Of a stretch of 64,000 bases of DNA, positions 42,089 to 64,000 are shown piece after piece. The notes below the pieces were generated by a model. The model searched no databases. It was not told the origin of the DNA and saw only the letters and a list, made by a program, of their open reading frames with translations. Each line of letters starts with the position of its first letter. The stretch's first letter is position 1. The stretch lies in NCBI RefSeq assembly GCF_009914755.1, contig NC_060946.1; one strand, written 5' to 3'. The position numbers were made by a program, and so were the translations under genes. This DNA comes from the human T2T-CHM13v2.0 reference genome, Homo sapiens.

Positions 42089-42505
42089 ATGTCTTATTCA
42101 GCTCGGGTTGCCATAACAAAAATTATAGACTGGGTGGCTTAAGTAACAGCCATTGATTTCTCACAGTTCTGGAGATGGGGAAGTCCGAGATCAAGGTATG
42201 GCAGATTTATTGTCTGGAGTGGGTCCTCTTGCTGGTTCACAGATGGTGCGTTCAGAGAGAGAAAGAGAGAGAGAGAGAGCACTTTTGTGTCTCTCGCTCT
42301 TCTTATAAGGATACTAATCCCGTCATGAAGGACCCATCCTCATGACCTCATCTAAACCTCATCACCTCCAGAGACTTCACCTCCTAATATCATCCCATTG
42401 GGGATTAGGGTTTCCATATGGTGCATTTTGGAGGGACATGACTAGTAGGGGTTAGGCCTTCAACATACAAATTTTGGGAAACTTTGCTATTTAGTCATTA
42501 GCAAG
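42089..42505 (-). mobile_element. MLT1A-type LTR within L2 remnants (~41760-43075)
   Basis: gggttgccataacaaaa..tagactgggtggctta..tctcacagttctggag..ctcatgacctcatctaa. Confidence 0.75.
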
Positions 42506-43310
42506 GGATGAGGACCACAAGCTAAAAATCATCTCTATTTTTGAAAGATTTCTCTGCTTAAGAATAATTCCAGGATCAAAGCAGAAACCAGGACAGAAGC
42601 CAAGAGATCAATCAAGAGGATGTGGCTATGATCCAGATGACATATGTCATGCATGAGGGTGAAGAAAGCAAAGGCAGGAAAATCTGATCCAATTTGACAA
42701 ATATTTGAGGTCATTCAAGAGACTTGCCAATGAATTGTATAAGGGGGAGATGAGAGAAAGAAGAGTTCAAAGTTTCCAAAGTCTTCTGCCAAAACACTTC
42801 TCAGGGGTGGTGGTGAATCCAGTGAAGGCTTTCCAGATGGTTTGGGATGGGTTAACTTGGAAGCCCTAATCATTTATCTGAGCTGAGAAGTTGAGAATAC
42901 AGTTACATGCATGAATCTGAAGTAGAGAAAAGATGTCAAAGCCAGAGATGGGAATTTAGGATTTTGAGTGGATGTGTCAAGTCTTGGGGCTGAGTGAGAT
43001 CCCCTGGAGAGAGAAGGAAGCTTATGTTTGAGCCCTAGTTCAGCCCAACATTTAGAAGAACCCCTTTGGGAAGAGGAGAAGAACGAGCAAAGGCTAAATG
43101 TGACTCCCTGTTTTAGAAGAACCTCCTTCAGAAGAAGAATCAATAAAGCAAAGGCTGAACTCAACTTTGTCTTCTTTTCTCCCCCAGACATAATTTATGT
43201 TCTTTTATTGGGAGTTTGTTTCCCACTCAACCTTTCAGGTTAGAGCTCTGAAGTCACGTTTGATTTTTCCCTCAACATCAAAGAGACACAACAGTTTGCT
43301 TCTGTGGTGA

Positions 43311-43680
<370 letters not shown>

Positions 43681-44835
43681 TGACTTTGAATGCCTTCTCA
43701 CTTCTTCCTTCCCACTCCATGCTCCAGGTTCAAAGACTCCATTACCACCATCCATCCCATGCCAGAGTCTCCAGGCTTCCATCTTCAGTGCCATCCCTTC
43801 TCATCCATCCTATGCATGGGTTCCAAGGTAATAGGTCTAAACACATTTAGACCTATTTAATATGTATAAGCATAAATGTTGACATGACTGGTCACAAAAT
43901 GTTGGTGGTTTCTCATCAACTGCAGAGAATAGTTCAGGATCCTTACCTAAGTGTCTGAAATCTTTCATAAATTCACACATGGAAAGATGTGGCCTCTCTG
44001 TCTGTACTTCATCACATCACACCCAGCACCTCAATCTCTGACTCCATCATCAATTTCCTAGTTCCCTGAGTTTGCCTGCCCAGCCCTGAGTCATTGTAAC
44101 ATCTGATTCATCTTTTAAAGTTTAACAACAACAACAACAAAATCATCTGCTCTGAGAAGCCAGCCTTTCTCAGGTGCAGAGATTATCCCAGAGATAGACA
44201 TATGGTTCAAAACAGGCTAGTTAACCTTCCCCTGAATTTGATCAGCAAAGACTGAGAGGGTGGTGGGAGAAGCTCAGACTGTGAATCTATAGCTGCAGCA
44301 GCTGGATTTTTTTTTTCCATCCTATATTCCAAGACTTTTTCTGAGAGAATCTAGTCTGGAACCCAGAGAGAAGCAGAGAGTTGAGAGAGTCATCAGAACT
44401 TGGGAGATCCCTGAGAAGCTGTCCACCTCTACTTTTTGAGACTGTTTTTCCTAGACTCCCTTGCAGCTCTGTGTGACTGTATGATGAACTTTGAGCTCAT
44501 GAGAAGTAAGTAGGAATGTATTAAGACCATAAAAATCTCTTTAATTTTGTAAAAAAGTGAATGTGAACTATTCCCTCTCCTTTTGCTGCTAGCTGCAATG
44601 GAGATGTGAGGGCTGGAGACCATGCCACCATATTGAACCATGAGTAGAAAGTCACATACTAAAATAGTGGAGCAACAACATTCAAAATGCCTGACATCTT
44701 GAATCTGTACAATAACCTGGACCCCTTGTTCTGGCCTCCTATCATATCAGAGAGAAACAAACTTCCATCTTATTTAAGTCATGGTTATTTGCTTATTTCC
44801 ATACATTTGTTTATGCAGTTATACGATATTTATTC

Positions 44836-45305
44836 CATCTATCTATTATCTATCTATCTATCATCTATCCTATCTATCTAACCATCTACCCATCATCTAT
44901 CCTATCTTTCTATCCCTCTCTCTATCATCTATCATCCTTCTTATTCTATGTGACTATCTATCAACCATCTTATTCTAACTATCTATCTATCTATCTACCT
45001 ATCTATCATCTCTCCTATCTAATCTATTTATCTATGTATCTATCCATCTTATCTATCTACCTATCATTTATCTATCCTGTGTATCAATGTATCTATCATG
45101 TATCTATCTGTCCTAGTTATCTATCAATTATGTATCTATCCATCCTATTTATCTACCTATTTTATGTATCCATTAAACATCTACATATCTATATATATTA
45201 CCTATCATCTAGCTATTTATCTATCCTATGTATTTATCATCTATTTATTCTATCTATATCTATTTTTTTCTCTATCTATGTCTCTATCTATCTATCTATC
45301 TATCT
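44836..45305. repeat. (TCTA)n-rich simple repeat within old MLT1 remnants
   Basis: Direct inspection. Confidence 0.9.
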
Positions 45306-45865
45306 AGAGATTTCTTAAGTCCTTGGGAATCCTGAGGTCAGCTCCATCATAGGATCTCACAGTTATATTAGTTCAACAATTTTCTTTCTCTGCCTAACTT
45401 ACTCTGAGTTGTGTTTCAGTTGCTGTTGATTGGAACAAACCTCAAAAAGAAATTGGGACTACTATAATATTGCATTTATGGGTGGCTGACTTATGATGCT
45501 GCCTTCCTTGTCTCTGGATCCTGAGTCCTGCATCCAACCCAGTTCCACAGCCTGGGTATCTAACCGTTTCCCTGGAACTCAGTAACATTTGAACTGAAAT
45601 GCCATTTTCTTGTTGGGATCATTATAATACTTTGGAAAACTGCCTTGGAATTAATGTGGTTACTCTTTGCATCTGTAAAATAAACAGGCATTTCTTTAGA
45701 AGGAGAAACTAAAGTTTCACAAAGACCTTCAGGGTCTGTTTTTCTTACACCAGAAGTCACACTCAGGCCAAGTAACATGTTCTGGTTCTGGCCCTTAGTG
45801 CTCCTGGTTGGACTAATGCCTGGGGCTCCCTCAAGGATTTCCTTCCCCATCTCTCCCTATTTTAG

Positions 45866-46272
<407 letters not shown>

Positions 46273-47065
46273 TCTCTCCCTCTTTCTATGTATATGTCAG
46301 TCTTTCTCTCTCTGTGTCTCTCTTAGTGTCTCTCTTTCTTTGTATCTGTCCCTCTGTTTCTGTGTCTCCCTCTTTCTATCACTATCTCTCTGTGTGTTGC
46401 TGTCTCTTCATCTCTGTCTCCCTCTCTCTCTCTGTCTGTCTCTGTTTCTGCTTCTCTGTCTCCATCTCTTTCTCTCTCTGTGTCTCTCTTAGTGTCTCTC
46501 TGTCTGTCTGTCTTTCTCTCCATCTCTGTATCTGTCCCTCTGTTTCTGTGTCTCCCTCTTTCTATCACTGTCTCTCTGTGTGTTTCTGTCTCTTCATCTC
46601 TGTCTCCCTCTGTGTGTCTGTCTCTGTTTCTGCCTGTCTCTGTCTCTCTGTCTCCATCTCTTTCTGTGTCTCTCTTAGTGTCTCTCTGTCTGTCTCTGTC
46701 TTTCTCTCCATCTCTGTATCTGTCCCTCTGTTTCTGTGTCTCCCTTTCTATCACTGTCTCTCTGTGTTTCTGTCTCTTCATCTATGTCTCGCTCTCTCTG
46801 TGTATCTGTCTCTGTTTCTGCTTCTCTGTCTCTGTCTCTCTGTCTCCATCTCTTTCTCTCTCTGTGTCTCTCTTAGTGTCTCTCTATCTGTCTCTGTCTT
46901 TCTCTCCATCTCTGTATCTGTCCCTCTATTTCTGTGTCTCCCTTTTTCTATCACTGTCTGTCTGTGTGTTTCTGTCTCTTCATCTCTGTTTCCCTCTCTC
47001 TCTGTGGGTCTGTCTGTTTCTGCCTCTCTGTCTCTGTCTCTCTGTCTCCATGTCTTTCTCTCCAC
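46273..47065. repeat. (TC/TCTG)n tract with ~170-200-bp higher-order unit x4
   Basis: tctcttagtgtctctc and tttctatcact each recur four times. Confidence 0.9.
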
Positions 47066-47280
47066 CTCCCTGTGAGGTGGGAGCCTCACCCTTAGCCCAC
47101 TGGCTACCACCCTGGTCCACATCTTTCCCCCTAACACCGACAGACGTAAAAACCACAGCTCCTCCCAGGACACTGCCTCAATGTGGCCCCATTTCTCTTC
47201 ATCAGATCTCTCCCTTCAATGCTAATAAGTCTGTCTCCAACTCCGCGTTTCTTTTGGGGAAAAAAAAAAAAGGAGAGGAA

Positions 47281-47612
<332 letters not shown>

Positions 47613-47976
47613 TCACCACTGGGTTGAAGCAAAGCCTTCTTCCAAAAGCAAAAATTGGAAAAATATGCTACCGACAGACTGCCCCTAAAGGTAATATTAA
47701 ACAGGGACTCCAAAGGCAGAAGAGAAGCTGACCCAATGCGACATGAAAATTCAGGAAGGACACAACAGCGGTGAGAACTCAAGATAATGTGAGTAATTGT
47801 AAATACATATTGACCTTATAAAATGAGTCATTGCCAAATTTGATCTGGTGACCTGTATAAAATGTCAGCTTCTGAGGGGAGAACACTGTCCACAATAACA
47901 ACAAGGCTGTACACATAGGCATGGTGGCCTTGGGGAGCGTTTGCCAGGCTGCAAAAGCCACCTCGCAGGTAGGTAG

Positions 47977-48225
<249 letters not shown>

Positions 48226-48689
48226 TAGAGAGATCGGGGAGAGCTGTCCTCACCACCTGGAAGTGAGTCCCACCCAGACCTTATCAAAACTACTCACTCC
48301 ACCTGGGCTGCTGCTGAAGCCCTATTTTGAAATTTCCCTTTTCCAGAGCTTTTTTCCTGTCCTAAGCCCCATAAATAAATGAAGGCACTTCTTTGGAAGG
48401 TTATGGAGTCTGTTTGACTAGTGCTAAAGGAAACAATTCACGCAGATGTATAAAACTTGCTTTTTAAAAAAAAAAAATTAACCTAAGCAGAATTTTCATA
48501 TTAAAAACTCACTTTTTTTGACAGAAAGTAACAGCTTCAGCATATAATTTGATGTTTCACAAGGTTTAAACATTAAAAAAACTCTAAATTAAAAACAAAA
48601 CAAATCTTATAGACTAGTCCTGCCATTAGAGAGGAATGTATTTAACTGACAGCTCTTTTAGTTGCGTTTCTTTTTACTAGACTGTGATA

Positions 48690-55735
<7,046 letters not shown>

Positions 55736-55759
55736 TCTCAGACACCCAACCACCAGCTC

Positions 55760-56205
55760 CTGAGCCGCGACAACTCCGTGTCACCTTTTCACCGCCCCCC
55801 ACCTAGCCCCAAATCCCCAATCCAGCCCCAAATCCCCGATCCAGCTCCAAATTCCCGCTCCAACCCCCAATCCGCGATCCCAAATCTGCGATCTAGCCCA
55901 GAATCCGCGATCCAGCCAGGTCCACCACAGCCTTCAGCAGCGACACTCCCAGCCTCCGACCTCTTAGACCCACTGAGCCTCGCAAGGGCATTAGCAGCGC
56001 CCCTGCACGGCGGTGGCCGCTCGGCTCCCAGAAGCCGCTCCCAGGCGGCGCGCCGGCAGTTGGGGCTCCAGCCCCGGGCAGTCGCCGCTGGGCTCGCGGG
56101 TTCTCCTGAGCTGGTCCGGGCTGCCCCAGGACCACAGGCGCAGGATCGCAGGCGCGCAGCCTGCCCGGCCTCAGGAGCAGGGCCTGTCTGGCCGTGCAGC
56201 CCCAC
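55760..56205 (-). promoter_or_regulatory. CpG-island fragment, probable first exon/intron-1 start of a duplicated gene
   Basis: High GC and CpG, non-Alu; minus-strand donor-like GGCTCA|GTGGGT at ~55975; 19-bp G-rich repeats on the intron side. Confidence 0.5.
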
Positions 56206-56318
56206 TTAATCTTAATAGCAAATAAAACTCAACAGTATGCTGTGGTATATTCTACAATGATTCTACACAATTGTAGATTGCATTAGAATAATGTTTTTTA
56301 AAATTATTTTCTCGGTAA

Positions 56319-57112
<794 letters not shown>

Positions 57113-57859
57113 AAATTTTCTTACTGTATAAGAAATTATGAATGACATTTATTTTGTTAAAACAGTATATTTTATCTACAAAAGGAGTAAAAGACAGTAA
57201 TAGAAAAATTGGCACATAAAGAAACAAAAATGCTAAAAAATTCAAATTTACCAATAATCCTATCACCTAAATTGATAATTTTTAATATAATTAAATGTAG
57301 GATTTTAAAATAAATTTCTTTTAATTTATTTATTTAAACATATAGATTATTTTTAGACCCTCTTCAGACATCCCCTGTTGAATAAGTTCCATGATTTACA
57401 GGCTTACTCTCTCTATTGTTAAATACTGTATTGCTTTCAATGAACAACATTTTTTATAAACATATTCACAGAAACAAATTTGGGCACATTGAGACATGTT
57501 TTCGTTTCAAAAAGTCCTAACACTTTAATTACTGTGTAAAGAGATATTAGTGTATAATTTTCACACATATTGACTAACATCCCTGCAAAATGTTGAATCA
57601 ATTTATACTTTCAGCACCAATCGGCAAATTAATGTCCATTATGCTTTAGCTTCACCAAAACTGATACCTATATTTTATTTTGCTAGACAAAAATACATAT
57701 TATCTTAATTTGCATAACTGTATTTAATAGAAAGATTAAATTTTTTTCAGATGTATCATAGGGCATCATTTTTTCTTGAGTCTGGTGGGTGCTTAGTTCC
57801 TTTAAAGCATTAATCATGTATACATTAATTTTATGTGCAAAACAATCATTAAGTACAAT

Positions 57860-62201
<4,342 letters not shown>

Positions 62202-62259
62202 TCAATTATTTTTTCTGACAGGAGTGGAAGAGTATTAAAAAATCAGTAACAGGAGGAAT

Positions 62260-63580
62260 TTTTTTCCCGACCGTCTTTGGCTCCCTCTCTCGCCACCCTT
62301 TTTCTTCCTCCATCTACCCCAAAACTTTTTCCCCACCATTTTTTCCCCACTGTCTTTTTGCAAAGCCTTCTATACTTTACCGCTCACTTCCGTTTTCCCC
62401 ACCCATCTACCCCAAAACTTGTCCCCACCGTCTTTTCTCCCTCTCTCTCTGGCCACCCTTTTTTTCCGCCTCCCGCTCTCATCATCCTCTTTTGCTCCTT
62501 CATCTCCCCAAAAACATTTCCCTCATCTTTTCCCAAAGCCTTCTCCCCACTCCTGCTGCTCGCCACCCTCTCTTTCCCCTTCCGTCTACCCAAAAACTGT
62601 TTCCCTATCGTCTTTTTTCCCTTCCTCCTTGCCACCCTTTCCCTTCTCCATCTACCCAAAAACATTTTTCCCGCCGTCTTTTTACAAAGCCTCTTCTCTA
62701 CTCCTGCTCACCACGCTCTTTTAACCCATCTACCTCCCCAATTTTTCCCTGCCATCTTTTCACAAAGCCTTCCCCTCTTCCCGCTCTCCCTCTTCTTTCC
62801 TCTTTCCTTCTTGCCACCCTCTTTTTGCCCTCCATCTACCCCAAACTATTTTCCTCATCGCCTTTTTCCAGTCCTCTTTCCCCACTTCCTCTGGCCAAAC
62901 TTTCTATTCTCCCCCCGCTTGTCACCCTCTTTTCCCCCTCCATCTACCCAAACACTTTTTACCCACTGTCTTTTCTTTCTACACTTTCTTTTCTGCCTAT
63001 CGTCTTTTCGCAAAACCTTTTCTCTTTCCCGCTCGCCACCCTCTTTACCCTTCTCCCACTGGCCACCCTCTTTCCCCCCTCCATCTACCCAAAAGCTTCT
63101 CTCCTCACTGTCTTTTTGCAAAACCTTCTCTCCCTCCTGCTCGCCACTCTCTCTTCCCCCTCCCTCTCTGCAACCTCTTTTCTCCTCCCACTTGCCACCC
63201 TTTTGCCCCCTCCATCTACTCAAAATCTTTTTACCCACAGTCTTCTTTCCCTTTCTTCTCTCCCCACCATATTTTTGCAAACCTTCTCTCTCCTTCCTGC
63301 TCATCCCCGTTCCCCTCTCACGACCCTCTCTTACCCCCTTCCATCTACCCAAAAACTTTTTCCCCACCATCTTTCTGTGAAACCTTCTCTACCTCCTGTT
63401 CACCACCCTGTTTTTCCCCCTCCATCTACCCCCCAATTTTTTTTTCCCCAACATCTTTTCCTCATCGTCTTTATGCAATGCCTTCTCCGGCTCACCATCC
63501 TTTTTTCCTTTTGGCACTAACCACCCTCTTTACCCTTCCATCTATCCCGAAACTATTTTCCCCTTCCTACCTTTCCAGCC
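62260..63580. repeat. Pyrimidine-rich degenerate satellite (~13 units of ~65-145 bp)
   Basis: Recurring ctcgccaccctcttt / ccatctacccaaaa / tctttttgcaaagccttctc modules. Confidence 0.88.
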
Positions 63581-63749
63581 ACACTACAGTGTCTGTCGCC
63601 ACCAACTGCAGGGAGGCCAGCCACGGTGCAGCAGGCTACGGCCTCCAGTCTGTCCTGGTCCTCTAAGCCGGGCTCGGAGCAGCTCGGTGAGCAGACACAG
63701 AAGAACCTGGAATAGCCTGACTCTTCTTCAGCACCATTTATGTACTGAA

Positions 63750-63965
63750 GTTATGCATATGCGGTTCGTGGACTACACGTTCCAGGATTGGATAAGAGAA
63801 AGCCCAGAGGCCTACTCTGATTGGACTTTGTTATCATGTTCTGTTTGGATGAAAGAAAGTCTTAGGAAAACCAATCAGTGTATGAAAATAAAGTCCAATC
63901 AGAGAAGGCCTAGAGATTTTCTCTCACCCAATCAGAACATGTAGTCCAGAAACCATGCGCGTAAC
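63750..63965. promoter_or_regulatory. Palindromic CCAAT-box cluster, candidate bidirectional promoter
   Basis: ATTGG 63787, 63820, (TTTGG 63844) mirrored by CCAAT 63871, 63895, 63928; ggactaca / tgtagtcc at the outer ends. Confidence 0.7.
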
Positions 63966-64000
63966 CCCATGTGCATGCTGAGGAGGCCTCACGCCAGTTT

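Noticed and set aside
62277-63520. 367- and 342-aa ORFs
   Set aside because: Stop-poor pyrimidine satellite; overlapping frames both open; no recognisable domain

Overview
Primate (human or great-ape) nuclear DNA, not microbial: AluY/S/J, L1PA, MaLR, L2 and ERV1 remnants dominate, and I find no intact protein-coding gene, RNA gene or CRISPR array. The window is a mosaic of blocks with abrupt junctions, typical of pericentromeric segmental duplications. (1) 1-14.8 kb is AT-rich: a full-length but dead L1PA4-6-type element (minus strand), a vomeronasal type-1 receptor (VN1R) pseudogene broken by only an AluY insertion and one frameshift, an ERV1 gag remnant and old L1M. (2) About 16.6-47.3 kb is dense in Alus, (TCTA)n and minisatellites (45-, 110-, 26- and 49-bp units, two built from MaLR LTR pieces) and carries many locally templated or fold-back insertions. 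(3) About 47.8-56.2 kb is GC- and Alu-rich, with an orphan exon-like segment and a truncated CpG island. (4) 56.2-62.2 kb is an old plus-strand L1 carrying a 5'-truncated MaLR copy that ends at its polyadenylation site. (5) 62.3-64 kb is a pyrimidine-rich satellite followed by a ~215-bp imperfect palindrome with mirror-symmetric CCAAT boxes, a candidate bidirectional promoter. I see no new coding system. The best leads are regulatory or mutational: the palindromic promoter, the cluster of template-switch scars, LTR-end-derived VNTRs forming homotypic motif arrays, and the near-intact VN1R. Subfamily names and most boundaries are by-eye estimates.
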